Below are positions 1 through 10,542 of a DNA stretch of 64,000 bases, piece by piece (the stretch's first letter is position 1; each line of letters begins with the position of its first letter). The notes under the pieces were generated by a model. The model was not told the origin of the DNA and made no database searches. It worked only from the letters and a program-made list of their open reading frames with translations. This DNA comes from Cyanidioschyzon merolae. Its lineage: Eukaryota. Where the stretch lies: assembly GCA_000091205.1 (NCBI GenBank), contig AP006496.2; one strand, written 5' to 3'. The position numbers were made by a program, and so were the translations under genes.

Positions 1-1298
1 ACCGGAATGCCGAGTTCTTCCACCACGCTGACAAGGAAGCCCGCTCGTGCGGTTCCGTCCAGTTTGGTCAGAACAAGGCCAGTAACCTGGACATCGCGAA
101 GCCACTGCCGCGCAGCTGCCACAGCGTTGCGCCCAGATGGAGCGTCGAGTACCAGCAGGCATTCAGCCAGGGGGCCTTGGATCTGACGCTCCACGACACG
201 GCGTAATTTCTTCATTTCCTCCATGAGGTTCTCATTCGTATGGAGACGACCGCTGGTGTCAATGATTGCAACGTCATAGCGTTCATCAACAGCCCGTTTC
301 AGGGCATCGTAGGCTACCGATGCGGCGCTCTTCTGATTCTCGAGCGGCATCGCGATATCGACTCCGGCTCGCTGAGCCCATTCTGCCAGCTGCTGCACCG
401 CCGCTGCTCGGAAAGTGTCCGCTGCAACGAGTAACACTTTTTTCTTGTCCTGTGTCCGCAGTCGATAGGCCAGCTTCGCAGCGGATGTCGTTTTTCCATG
501 GCCGTTCGTGCCTACAAGCATCAGCACCTCGCACTGGGGAGAGCCGCTGTGTTGCTGCGCAGCCAATCGTTGTGATTGTATACGTTTCTGCGCGTCAGTC
601 TGGGCGCGCGTCAGTAGCGCGAGCAGTGACGCGGCGAGCGAGGCCCTGACCTCTGCACCGCTCCGCAGCCTTTGCTCTGCAATGTCCTTTCGCAAGTTCT
701 CCATCAAGCGATCGACGACGGAGACGCCGAGGTCAGCTCCCAGAAGTGCATTTTCGATATCCTGCATAGCCTGGTCAACCTGGTCCAAACGCCCCATGTT
801 GCGTTCGACTATGGTCTCGATTTCGCGGCTGAGTCGCTCACGCGTCTTGGTGAGCCCCTCCCGAAACGCGCTCACTTGCGCAGCGTCTCGGACTGCCTTG
901 TCTCGAACGTAGTCCATAAACTTGCCTTGTTTCACTGCATCGACCAGAGCCTGTTGTTCCTGTCGTGCTTGCTCGCCAAAATTGCGAAGAAAGTCGAAGA
1001 CTCCGGCACGGACACCAAGGGGGCCCTGGAAACCCGGGCTTGTGCTGCGCCTGCAGACCTTCAAGTAACGCGCGACTCGCCAGTCGCTTCGAAACGACAG
1101 TCCGTGCAAGTTTCGAGGTACATGGAAGGAAAACGCTTGCATCGGACGCTCAGTGCCACTTGGGCGGTGCGGGCCCTTCACCACCATTGCGAACGGTGCA
1201 GTGCGAGTGCGAGCACGATGTTCGTCGACCTGCACACACGCGGTAACATCCGTGTGCAATACCGGCTCACGAACGGTTGGTCGTCGCAGCACTGGCAT
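1..1298 (-). CDS. ftsY: SRP receptor GTPase FtsY, probably the chloroplast form (cpFtsY). The 3' end is truncated by the window edge.
   Basis: Manual minus-strand translation of the frame running off the left edge gives '...VDRLMENLRKDI...VLMLVGTNGHGKTTSAAKLAYRL...VLLVAADTFRAAAVQQL...AIIDTSGRLHTNENLMEEMKKL...LVLDAPSGRNAV...LVLTKLDGTARAG'. That is an FtsY/SRP54-type N domain followed by G1-G5 motifs. The first Met is at 1298 and the upstream stop is at 1365-1367. About 100 aa of R/S/T-rich N-terminal extension before the N domain suggests a transit peptide. The ORF track did not list it because the ORF is not closed inside the window. Confidence 0.8.
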   Translation of the reverse strand, partial: MPVLRRPTVREPVLHTDVTACVQVDEHRARTRTAPFAMVVKGPHRPSGTERPMQAFSFHVPRNLHGLSFRSDWRVARYLKVCRRSTSPGFQGPLGVRAGVFDFLRNFGEQARQEQQALVDAVKQGKFMDYVRDKAVRDAAQVSAFREGLTKTRERLSREIETIVERNMGRLDQVDQAMQDIENALLGADLGVSVVDRLMENLRKDIAEQRLRSGAEVRASLAASLLALLTRAQTDAQKRIQSQRLAAQQHSGSPQCEVLMLVGTNGHGKTTSAAKLAYRLRTQDKKKVLLVAADTFRAAAVQQLAEWAQRAGVDIAMPLENQKSAASVAYDALKRAVDERYDVAIIDTSGRLHTNENLMEEMKKLRRVVERQIQGPLAECLLVLDAPSGRNAVAAARQWLRDVQVTGLVLTKLDGTARAGFLVSVVEELGIP

Positions 1299-1482
1299 GT
1301 TGCCTTGTCGATAAACCAGCCCTGATACCCCCGTGAACGAGAACGCAACCCCGGTCTCGGTACGTTAGCTTTGCCGCTTCCACGAAAGCCGACGCGCTTT
1401 GAGTGCACCAATGTCGTACACGCGGATCGACGCTGGACTCCAGACAATGAGCCGCCTATGCCGCAGAGCTGCTGGTTTTAAG

Positions 1483-1800
1483 ATTCATGATGATGATGAG
1501 GATACTTATCTTTACCCATCAGGATGATACGCGGAGGCAAGTGAAGCACCATGGTGCTGCTGCTGCTGCTGCTTGTAAGGTTCAAGATGATCATGATGAT
1601 GCTAGCCGATAGGCACCAGCATGATACGCGGAGGCAAGTGAAGCACCACGGTGCTGCTGCTGCTGCTTGTAAGGTTCAAGCTGATCATGATGATGCTAGC
1701 CGATAGGCACCAGCATGATACGCGGAGGCAAGTGAGGCACCACGGTGCTGCTGCTGCTGCTGCTGCTGCTGCCGCCGCCGCATCCGCTGTGGAGGCCCCA
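1483..1800. repeat. Minisatellite of ~94-97-bp units in about three copies, with an embedded (GCT)n/(GCC)n microsatellite.
   Basis: 'atgatacgcggaggcaagtgaagcacc' recurs at 1524, 1621 and 1715. Each unit carries 'caagatgatcatgatgatgctagccgataggcaccagc' and (gct)5-9. The block ends with (gct)9(gcc)3. The antisense poly-Ala ORF 1602-1922 is an artefact of this repeat. Confidence 0.9.
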
Positions 1801-2576
1801 GGGCGCAGCTCGTGATTTATCTGATGACAAAACGTTTCGATTGACCATGGATCCCAGAATTCGGAATGAATAATAGCTTTCGGGAAAGCGCCCATGATGA
1901 GGCGCCTAACTTCAAGTTCCATTACCCAGACTTCCTCTCGGATATACTGGTCGTTTCGTATGTTCTATCGTACGCCGAGCCTGCCGTGAACACCCGCCGT
2001 TGCGCTTATATACCGCTGAAGCAGGTGCTGCAGGGAGACAGAACGGCTTTGGCATACCACTGAGGGCGTCGGCTCGAAGGATGATTCATCCGACATGGGG
2101 TCGGAGTACATCATAATTCTGAGAGCCTGTAAGCTGCGTAGACAGACGCACTGCCCGCGGTAGCGCGAATCGATATAGTAGGAGTCCACTGCGAGCAGGG
2201 CGACGCCCAGATGCAGCAAAGCTGCATCTAGTCCCAGGATGAACTGCGTTGCGGACGAGCTGCGCAGGTCTCGCCACAGTACCTGCCAATGGAAGCCTGA
2301 AGCACGAGCCCGGCAGACTCGCCCGGCTCGCGGGACCTTCCGCCAAGAAGGTAAACTTTCGAAGATACTGAAACTTTTCCCCATTTCAACGCTTACGATC
2401 AAGGTCGAGCGCAAATGTTATCGAGTTGCCATTTAGTGAATAGTTTCTGTTCTTTCCGCAGCTCGTGATACGCTGCGAATCTGCGGCGCGCAAAGGCAAT
2501 GCGTCCACGACTCGCGGCACTCGGATGCGTCGCTTCTGAGCGTCACCAGTGATAGACACGTGCAGGAGTTGCATTC

Positions 2577-3173
2577 ATGTTCATTCAGACTGGACTCGTA
2601 CATTATCAGCGTGCTGGTTGCTATCAACGAAGGCGTTGGTTGCATATGGACAGCAGCGCAAAGCCGGTGCGCGAATGGAGTCGGCGGCAAGTTCTACACC
2701 AGCTTGCCCAGTGTGCTTTACTAGCGGTGACTGCCTGGCAGCGCCTTCCCGAAGCTCGAGCAGACTACACACCGCAGTCCGCAAAACGTGCGTTTGAGCG
2801 GTATGCACCGCGCATTCTCTCGGGTCGAGAGCTGTTGAGCGCGCTGGAAAGCGCACTCAAAGCGGGGAACAGGGACGCGAACGGCCGCTGGGACCTGAGC
2901 AACAAGCGGTCGGACGCGGCTCGTCTTCTGCGAGCTATGCGCATATACGCTGGAACATTTTCGAATAACTACGAGTCACCTAAAACACGGGAGCTACGAG
3001 CGCTGGTTGATGAGCTCGAACAGAGCTACGAGAAAGCGCGCAGTACACAAGACGCCGCGCGACGCGAGCAGTACCTCCAGGCTGCACGACGGAGTTACGA
3101 GCGTTACCTCGATGAGACGAACCTGTCAACAGTTGCACTGCAGACTCCAGAGCCGCAACAGGCCTCGGAGTGA
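2577..3173 (+). CDS. Hypothetical protein. Candidate thylakoid-lumen protein with a Tat-type signal (bipartite presequence).
   Basis: 198-aa ORF. The basic N-terminus is followed by 'SRRQVLHQLAQCALLAVTAW...EARA|DY', i.e. a twin-arginine, a hydrophobic stretch and an AxA cleavage site, which is the pattern of a lumenal targeting domain. The mature part is helical and charged. I recognise no family; a PsbQ'-like or Psb27-like protein is only a guess. Confidence 0.3.
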   Translation: MFIQTGLVHYQRAGCYQRRRWLHMDSSAKPVREWSRRQVLHQLAQCALLAVTAWQRLPEARADYTPQSAKRAFERYAPRILSGRELLSALESALKAGNRDANGRWDLSNKRSDAARLLRAMRIYAGTFSNNYESPKTRELRALVDELEQSYEKARSTQDAARREQYLQAARRSYERYLDETNLSTVALQTPEPQQASE

Positions 3174-3764
3174 GCGCGTTTCACTCGGACACTGGGTGCT
3201 CGATGAGAACGGCAGGCGCTTGTGTGGCAAATGTACCACCGCACAGTGGCACCCTATGCACAGCTCACGTCTTTTGGTTACAGGCACCGCAGCTGGGTAC
3301 CGTGAACGGCAACCCGCAGTGTGTGCACCTTAAGGAGAGTCGCTGCGTTATCATGCATCTAAGGCATGGACGCTTGGCTGCCTGCGAATACGCTTGCTGT
3401 CGTTGTCCGTTGCCTTTTCCGCTGGACGCTTTCGAGTAGATCGCTTTGCGGCACGTTGGCAGTCATGGCGGGTACACGCTGCCGCGCGCCCAGCGTAGCA
3501 CAGATGCATGGATCGACTTCATCGTGGACTGCAACTTAGGAAGAGGCAACCGCTCGCGCAGGGTGGATCGCTGAAACGCTCTCCTCCAGAGCTCGCATGA
3601 ATCACTCGAGACGTTTTTCGGAATAAAATGGAACTGGTCAGATTTACAAACTCGGGCATAAACGCTCAATTTTGGCGCTTTTTCCACTGTTTACAAAACG
3701 AGCGTTGGCGGGCCTGTTGATGCGACTGCTTTGCTTGCCTCTCTCTCTTCTCTCAGACTTTGAA

Positions 3765-4369
3765 TACGCGAGTCTGTCCTGTCTCCCGGGCTCTCACTTG
3801 CCAGCAGTCGAAGGATGTTGATGGCAGCGTTCAGGTCCCGATAAAGCCGCAGGCGGATGTTGCCGATGCGTTTTACGCACATAGAAGGAAGTTGAGATCT
3901 ACGTCTCGCTTCCCGGTTCCATGTTCTTTGCAGAAAGTGTTGTTGCCCCCGTGGCGGCGGCGACACTGGGACGCCGCCAGGTGTTCCCGTACGTCCAGCA
4001 TGCCTGCTCCGCCGAGCCGTGCTCTGTTGCGCTTGAACGCTTGCGTCAACGCTCAGTCCATATTCTTGACAGATAGAGGGGGCTGTCTTCGATGCCCTCC
4101 TCAGTTTTCCGGTCCCAGTGCCATAACCCAGTAACAAGGGATTCTTCAAGGCGATTCCCTTCGGCAAGTGCACCGTGCGCTGCACACGCAAGCGCACGCT
4201 TACCAATCCGATAGACGATTTGTTCAAAGCGATGCTGGTCATGGTGAAACAAGTACCGCAAACAAAATCCGGACTGGAGATAGAATCGAGCAATGCCGAT
4301 TCGGTTGCGGTCCTGACGTTCCAAGCGCTGACGCATTCTGTCCTGGAAGCGATCGCTACGATGGCTCAA
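3765..4369 (-). pseudogene. Decayed TnpB/Fanzor-like (IS605 OrfB family) C-terminal fragment, copy A.
   Basis: Minus-strand frames encode 'HRSDRFQDRMRQRLERQDRNRIGIARFYLQSGFC' (a RuvC-II-like 'IGIE' degenerated to 'IGIA'). About 130 aa downstream, in a shifted frame, they encode 'CVKRIGNIRLRLYRDLNAAINILRL', which is the RuvC-III 'D.NAA.NI' signature. Frameshifts are present. The fragment is similar at DNA and protein level to copy B at 20187-20766. Confidence 0.5.
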
Positions 4370-5106
4370 GTCCGAGTCAAAGACCTTTTTCCATGCAAGC
4401 AGATGAGGCGAGCACCTCTGAGGGCAAATCCCTTAACAGGTGTCATGTTACTGGCGAGCGCCGTCTCCTCGATGGAAACAAATGGAGTAGGATTTGATTA
4501 CCAAAATCTATGGAATGCAGCATCCCGTTCGGTGCTCCGTGACGTTTCGGCATGAGCTTGTGAACACGTTGCCGAGAAGCCACGTCGAGTTTCTTTCGAT
4601 GTCAATCCAGCGGCGTGAATTGCTGCCTCCACGATACGCCGTACCCCAGAACGATTGAAAACGTATAGCATGCATAGTTTCGGCATGCTTTTCGTGTGAA
4701 AATGCGACGCATATCACTTTTTACTTACGAACTGGATACCGATATCGTATAGTTTCGGAATCCGTGTTCGAAGGCGCCACAAATGATCCTGGTTCCTATA
4801 TCAAAACGAATTCCAGCGGCGAATCGTCGAATGAGCGCCACTCCGATACCACGGACTCAGAATCCGAATTTCTCGCATGATTCCGTAACAAGTGGCCGTT
4901 ACATTTCAAATGCTGAGCGTGCATATCTGGAAACACTTCACAAAATCAAAGTGCTGAAACAGAGTCCACGGGTCAGTGTTCCATGTTCATCCGGCAAAGA
5001 CATGGATGCCTTGCATGGAACCGAGCGCACAGCGCCAGGTCACAGCACACCGCAGCCGCTCAAAAAAGCCATTCCCCACTTAGAAAAAAAGCGCTTCCGC
5101 TTGAGT

Positions 5107-8100
5107 TTACGGATCGATTTCAGGATGCACAGAATCGGGTTCTGCCTCCAGAGCGCTGCCGCTGGTTGCCGTCATTGAAAGTGCGCGGCCCTTCCGACTT
5201 GACTGACGATGGCGTCGCTGGGGTGCATGCTCACGAAGGAGCGCACGGAATCGAGCGCTAGCACGTGGCCCCAGAGAGTACACAAGTCGACTGAACTGAC
5301 CGTCTGGACGTGTGGAGAGCAGCTCCTCGGGATCGCCGTACTCCGCCACGCGCCCATGATGCATGACGAGGCAGGTGTCGAACGCGGCAAGCGTAAAGAG
5401 GCGATGCGCAATCGCCAGCAAGGTTGCATCCTCAAACTGCTGCCGAATAACGTCCTGAATGACCTTGTCGGTTTGAAAGTCCACACTAGAGGTGGCTTCG
5501 TCGCTGATGAGAATCCGCGGATGCCGCAACAGCGCCCGAGCCAGACAGATTAACTGCCTCTGGCCAGCGGATAGGTTCTCTCCGTACTCGGCGACCTGGG
5601 CCTCGAGGCCACCGGGCATAGCGTGCACTGCGTCGTCCAAATGGGCGTAGCGCAGCGCACTCCAGAGCTCCGCGTCTGTGTACAGCCCAAACGGATCCAA
5701 ATTGAGTCGAATGCTCCCCGAGAAAAGCACCGGATCCTGCGGTATAATCGTGAGCCGGGAACGCAACGAGCGCACTCGCAGTTTGCTGATATCGAGTCCA
5801 TCGATGAGGATGCGACCCATCGGCTTGCCTGTCGTTTCATTCACTGGTATCTCGACGAGTCGAAAGAGCGCGACAATGATGGAGGACTTGCCGGAACCCG
5901 TGCGTCCCAGGATACCGACACGTTCGCCACCGGCGACGCGGAACGTCACATCCTGCAGCACTAACGGCAACTGAGGACGATACCGCAGCGAAACGTCCTC
6001 GAAAACGATTTCGCCCACCTGGGGCCAACTGGGAGGCGGCTCCTCGCCGTCCAGGTTCTCGTGCGGAATCGAGTCCGTGTAGTAAAAGTTGCGCTCCACC
6101 GAGTTCATCAGCTGCTCGACTTCGGTGATCGATCGCACCGCTAAACTCAGCGCCGACGTCACCTGGAGCGCGTAGGTAAGCGCCAAGCCAGTCAACCCGA
6201 CGTAGGTGGTGTTCTTGGAGGTCACTCCAAAGATCCCCGTGATAAAGACCAGAAGAGCGCCGAGCACCTCGAGACGCAGCGCAAGCCAACGGTTGCCGGT
6301 TACCTGGTGGTAGTAAGCTCGCTGGTTGATATCGATGCGGAAGCGGTTGACCGCTTGCATGTAAGCCTGTCGACGGTAGGCGCGGATGGTGGTCAGTCCA
6401 TTCAGGGTTTCGCTAAAGTGACTGTAGATGGGACCCTTGCTGATGCTGTCCAGCCGCCGAAACTGAATATTCGCGGGATTATAGATCTGCTGCAGCACGA
6501 AATACAGCACAGTAATGGGCACCATGGCCGCCACGAAGATCGGAAATATAACAGCGATGAAAACATAGGCGGCAATGATCGAGGCGATCTGCTGCAGGAA
6601 TGAGATGTACTGCTGCGGTAACTGAAAGTCAATCTGCATGATATCGCGACTGAAGCGAACCAGAATACGTCCGACAGGTGTCACATCGTAAAAGGCCATT
6701 GGTGCTCGCAGCACCGAGTCCAGCAGCTCTGCATGCAGGTAACGCGCCGCTACCAGCGTCAACAGCAGAAACCAGTACGTGCGGAAGAAAGAGATAATCG
6801 CGTGACCCGCGGCAAGCGCGAAGTAGATGCCGAGGAAGAAGCCCAATGTGTACTGCTGCTCGTGCTCGCTCCAGAAGCTGAGCCACCAGTTGTTGACCAC
6901 TGCCTCGCCGGCCGACACAAAGAATAACGACAAGATCGCGATGAAGAGATACGGATTCCCACAGCGCTTCGCATAGCCCCAGTAGACGGAGAGTGCTACG
7001 TGACCTTTGTTGATTTCCTCGGTAACGACCAGCTGACCCCTGTCAGTGGATTTCTGGGTTTCACGTCCAGTGACGCTCGGGTCGCCGCTGCCGACGCCAC
7101 TGCTTGAGAAGAAACTCGTTCTCTCTTTCGTTGATTCCGAGCGTTCTCGATGCCCGTCTGCGTCGTCTGCGTCCAGCCGGTGGAGGTCGTCTTCGGCGGG
7201 TTCGGTGTTCGGATCCCCGACCTGCGTCTTGGATTGCGTGGAACGCGTCGCTGTCATTGCCGCAAGCATCTCCACAAAGCGCGGTGAGCTCGTTGTCAAG
7301 TGCTGCAACGTCCCCTGACCTGCGATGCGGCCATTTTCCATCAAAACAATCCAGTCACAACGCGAGGCATACTGCAGATGATTGGTGACCAGCACTCGCG
7401 TCTTACGTCGTAGGACGCCGTGCTCGTTGGAGAGAATCTTCTGAAAGACGTGATCTCCGACATGCGCATCCAGGGCGGATAGCGGGTCATCCAAAATGTT
7501 CACATCTGCATTTGCGTACACGAGGCGAGCCAGACTGACGCGTTGCTTCTGTCCACCGCTGAGGTTGATTCCTTTTTCACCAATCTCAGTCAAGTCGCCA
7601 GCTGGTAAAATCTCCAAGTCGGCATTCAGCGCACTCACGTATATGGCTCGCCTGTATCGCTTTGGTTCATATGGAAGCCCGAAGAGAATATTGTCGCGCA
7701 CTGTCCCGTTATAGATCCAAGCTGCTTGTGCAGAATAAGCCACAGAGCCGTGAACCCGAACCGTGCCCGATCGTCGTTGCAGTTCGCCGAGTATGGCGGA
7801 CACCAGCGATGACTTACCAGAGCCGACGCGCCCCACAACAGCCACTAGCGCGCGTGGCGGTATCCGCAGGTTCACATCTTCCAGAGCGGGTACAAACTCG
7901 ACGGGTTTCAATCGCACCTCCGGCTGGGGAGGTTGTCTGCGCAGCTCGCGTCGATGCCAGAGGCGCTGGAAAAGCGCTAGGCGGCGCTTGGGCAGCTGCT
8001 GTCCTTCTGTGGCAGAAGCAGAGGCAGAAGCCGGAGCTGGCTGCTCCTTGCTGAGCGTCCAGTCGAAGCACCCGTGCTCGATCTCGATGACGTACATGGG

Positions 8101-10542
8101 CTCCTTCCGAAACGACGACGACGCTCTACCCAGTCCTGAGCTGAGATCCTTGCTAGGCTTATCGAGCAGCATTCCGGTGCCCTGGCCGTTCTCTGCTGTA
8201 TCTGTAGAGTCCATCAGGATTGTACTCGTTTCAGCTTGCTCGTGAAAAGCCGCTGATTCGCCTGGGAGCTCAATGGACGGACCCCAGTGCAAGGCGCCAG
8301 GCAGCGATGATGCTTCCTCGGCAGGAATCGCTCCAGAGGGTTCGCGAGCTCGCGTCATAACACTACCGCTGGCATCAGCACCATCAATTGCATCTGTTGG
8401 ATGCTCAGACGATGGTGCGGAGTGCTTGGCGGCTCGCTCGACCGGTTTCCGCCAAAAGAAACGCCAACGGGAGCGGGTTGACTCGGGTTGGTGCGGTGCA
8501 GGCGGCACCTGCGCATCTTCAGCAGACGGTGTTCGCTTCTGTTTGTCTGTTAGCTTCTGAGCGGGATCGCCCATGAGGTCGGAGCTTGAACTCGAGCTCT
8601 TTGCATCCGTGCTAAGACGCTCCGTCGCTGGAGAAGGCTCGATTTCCTCCAGCGCGAAAAACCGCTGCAAACGCTGAACGCCGATGCGGGCATCCACGAG
8701 CGCAGTAAATACGAACGGATACTGAATCAGCGGAAAACGCAAATTATTCAGCACGCTCAGTCCAGCAAAAATAAACGCTGGGTTCAGTTGGTTGTGAAAT
8801 ACGCCACCATAAAACCCAAACGTCACCGCAGAGACGAGCACTGGCGTCACAAATAGCACCACGTAGAAGAGGGTGCGAACAAAAACAGTCCTGCGGTAAG
8901 CGGCAAGTTCCTGCTCCCGAATCTCCGTAACTTTGACGGCAAATGGCTCTTCCCAAGCATAGAATTTCAGCGTCTTGATGCCTTGAAACATTTCATTCAA
9001 GAGTTTCACTCGACGGTCAGTGATTCCGAAGGTTAGCCTGCGAAATCCCGACAGTCTCTTCACCAGGTATCCTTGAAGCGGCACCGTCAGCACCGCCGCG
9101 AGGAAGCCAATGAGGCCGCTATAGCCCAAGTATACAATGAGCAGGGCAAGTGCTCCACCGATCTGCAAGAGCGCAGCCCAGAGGACGTGGGCATACTGCA
9201 TAAAGTCACTCAGACGCTGAGCATCGAGCTGCATATGGTTCACGACTTCACCTGTGGTGGTCTGCGCGCGCGCACTTGCGCTCAACCGCAGCGACTTGTC
9301 GTAGACCGCGGACTGAACCTCTCCACGAATTCGCACCGCCAACCGAAACGTCAGGTAAAAGTATTGGTTCTCCACGAACGCTTTCAGGAACGGGGCCAGA
9401 AAGATTGCAAGCACCCAGAGATACCCCTGGTATGTGGGCGCTCCGGGCGTTTCCAGCCAGATCAAGAGCTTGTTCAGGAAGACTGGAGAAACCTGACCTA
9501 GACCGACATCAAAGAATTTCAGGATACCGGACACAATGATAATGCGCGTGTGCACCCGCAGGATGACCCAGAACATGGGCCAACGCGAACGTCGCTGGAT
9601 GCGGAGCTGCTCCTCATCAACATGGTCCAGAGAGTCGTCTTTGCGGGGCGCAACTCCGTCGAGTGCACCAGTTTTCGCTGTTCGAGCTTGACGCTCGCGT
9701 TCCAACTCTCTGGTAATGCGTTCCTCCTGACGTTCCAGGAAATCCACCCAGGCCACTGCAAAGCGCTCGGACAGCGGCTGGGCGCGATCATCCGGTGCCA
9801 GTTCATACAGGTCGGAGTCGTCCAGGGTTCGACGCCAACCACGCCATATGAGGGAGCCGAACCACCAAAATGTCCACCGCGAGAGCCAGGATGCCTCTAA
9901 TTCGGGGAGCGGCTTGCGCGATGCCGAGTCTCCTGTTGCCGTCAATGCTGCCGCTTCAGCAATCCTTCGCATTTGGTCCTGAGCGTACCGGTGATAGTCC
10001 GTAACGCCAGCCTGGCGTCCCTGGTATTGAAAGTATGCAGAGCCGGCTGTGGCAATGGCTGATGTGGACTGGCTCTCTAAAGCGTCTGCTGCATGCTTCG
10101 GGTGTTTCTCCTGCGACGCCGGATCAATCCCAATACCATCTGCTTGCGCTGCTTCCTGAACCGCAGTGCGAGGCACACCGTCCACATTTGGATCTTCTTC
10201 AGCTGCGAGCGGTGTAGAGAGCACTTCATGACGCACCAGCGACATCCGCTCCCGTCCAAGAGTCAGATCATTCTGTTCGGCTGTTTCCGCGACAGCAATA
10301 TCCAGCTGCTCGGCGAATTCATCGTCCGGTACTGATGGCTGTGCTTCGTGTACACTTTCTGCAGGCTGCCCTGAATAGGGCCACTCCGGCTGAGCGCTAC
10401 GGGAAGCGGATGCGTCAGCCCCATGTCGTGCTGCTGTTTCTTGAACACCTTCGCGATCAGCGGCGCCTTCCCCGTTTTGACCTGGTTGTGTGTCCATAGC
10501 CAAGTCGTGTTTCGCGTTTGCACGTCCAGTCGGCGGCGACAC
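5107..10542 (-). CDS. ABC transporter of the ABCC/MRP type. Full transporter with TMD-NBD-TMD-NBD and long low-complexity inserts.
   Basis: 1811-aa ORF. Two Walker A motifs ('GRVGSGKSS', 'GRTGSGKSS') and two ABC signatures ('LSGGQKQRVSLARLVY', 'LSAGQRQLICLARALL'). Walker B motifs 'ILDDPLSALD' and 'ILISDEATSSVD'. Membrane domains carry typical ABCC helices. There is a long S/E/P-rich linker between NBD1 and TMD2. Confidence 0.9.
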   Translation of the reverse strand: MSPPTGRANAKHDLAMDTQPGQNGEGAADREGVQETAARHGADASASRSAQPEWPYSGQPAESVHEAQPSVPDDEFAEQLDIAVAETAEQNDLTLGRERMSLVRHEVLSTPLAAEEDPNVDGVPRTAVQEAAQADGIGIDPASQEKHPKHAADALESQSTSAIATAGSAYFQYQGRQAGVTDYHRYAQDQMRRIAEAAALTATGDSASRKPLPELEASWLSRWTFWWFGSLIWRGWRRTLDDSDLYELAPDDRAQPLSERFAVAWVDFLERQEERITRELERERQARTAKTGALDGVAPRKDDSLDHVDEEQLRIQRRSRWPMFWVILRVHTRIIIVSGILKFFDVGLGQVSPVFLNKLLIWLETPGAPTYQGYLWVLAIFLAPFLKAFVENQYFYLTFRLAVRIRGEVQSAVYDKSLRLSASARAQTTTGEVVNHMQLDAQRLSDFMQYAHVLWAALLQIGGALALLIVYLGYSGLIGFLAAVLTVPLQGYLVKRLSGFRRLTFGITDRRVKLLNEMFQGIKTLKFYAWEEPFAVKVTEIREQELAAYRRTVFVRTLFYVVLFVTPVLVSAVTFGFYGGVFHNQLNPAFIFAGLSVLNNLRFPLIQYPFVFTALVDARIGVQRLQRFFALEEIEPSPATERLSTDAKSSSSSSDLMGDPAQKLTDKQKRTPSAEDAQVPPAPHQPESTRSRWRFFWRKPVERAAKHSAPSSEHPTDAIDGADASGSVMTRAREPSGAIPAEEASSLPGALHWGPSIELPGESAAFHEQAETSTILMDSTDTAENGQGTGMLLDKPSKDLSSGLGRASSSFRKEPMYVIEIEHGCFDWTLSKEQPAPASASASATEGQQLPKRRLALFQRLWHRRELRRQPPQPEVRLKPVEFVPALEDVNLRIPPRALVAVVGRVGSGKSSLVSAILGELQRRSGTVRVHGSVAYSAQAAWIYNGTVRDNILFGLPYEPKRYRRAIYVSALNADLEILPAGDLTEIGEKGINLSGGQKQRVSLARLVYANADVNILDDPLSALDAHVGDHVFQKILSNEHGVLRRKTRVLVTNHLQYASRCDWIVLMENGRIAGQGTLQHLTTSSPRFVEMLAAMTATRSTQSKTQVGDPNTEPAEDDLHRLDADDADGHRERSESTKERTSFFSSSGVGSGDPSVTGRETQKSTDRGQLVVTEEINKGHVALSVYWGYAKRCGNPYLFIAILSLFFVSAGEAVVNNWWLSFWSEHEQQYTLGFFLGIYFALAAGHAIISFFRTYWFLLLTLVAARYLHAELLDSVLRAPMAFYDVTPVGRILVRFSRDIMQIDFQLPQQYISFLQQIASIIAAYVFIAVIFPIFVAAMVPITVLYFVLQQIYNPANIQFRRLDSISKGPIYSHFSETLNGLTTIRAYRRQAYMQAVNRFRIDINQRAYYHQVTGNRWLALRLEVLGALLVFITGIFGVTSKNTTYVGLTGLALTYALQVTSALSLAVRSITEVEQLMNSVERNFYYTDSIPHENLDGEEPPPSWPQVGEIVFEDVSLRYRPQLPLVLQDVTFRVAGGERVGILGRTGSGKSSIIVALFRLVEIPVNETTGKPMGRILIDGLDISKLRVRSLRSRLTIIPQDPVLFSGSIRLNLDPFGLYTDAELWSALRYAHLDDAVHAMPGGLEAQVAEYGENLSAGQRQLICLARALLRHPRILISDEATSSVDFQTDKVIQDVIRQQFEDATLLAIAHRLFTLAAFDTCLVMHHGRVAEYGDPEELLSTRPDGQFSRLVYSLGPRASARFRALLREHAPQRRHRQSSRKGRALSMTATSGSALEAEPDSVHPEIDP

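Noticed and set aside
1602-1922. 106-aa ORF with a poly-Ala tract.
   Set aside because: It is created by the (GCT)n/(GCC)n microsatellite inside the 95-bp minisatellite. It is not a gene.
3760-4134. Plus-strand 124-aa ORF ('DGSVQVPIKPQADVADAFYAHR'), repeated as a minus-strand ORF at 20601-20870.
   Set aside because: This is the antisense frame of the TnpB/Fanzor-like relics. The similarity between the two ORFs simply reflects the underlying DNA repeat. The sense frame is the one carrying the 'RDLNAAINI' signature.
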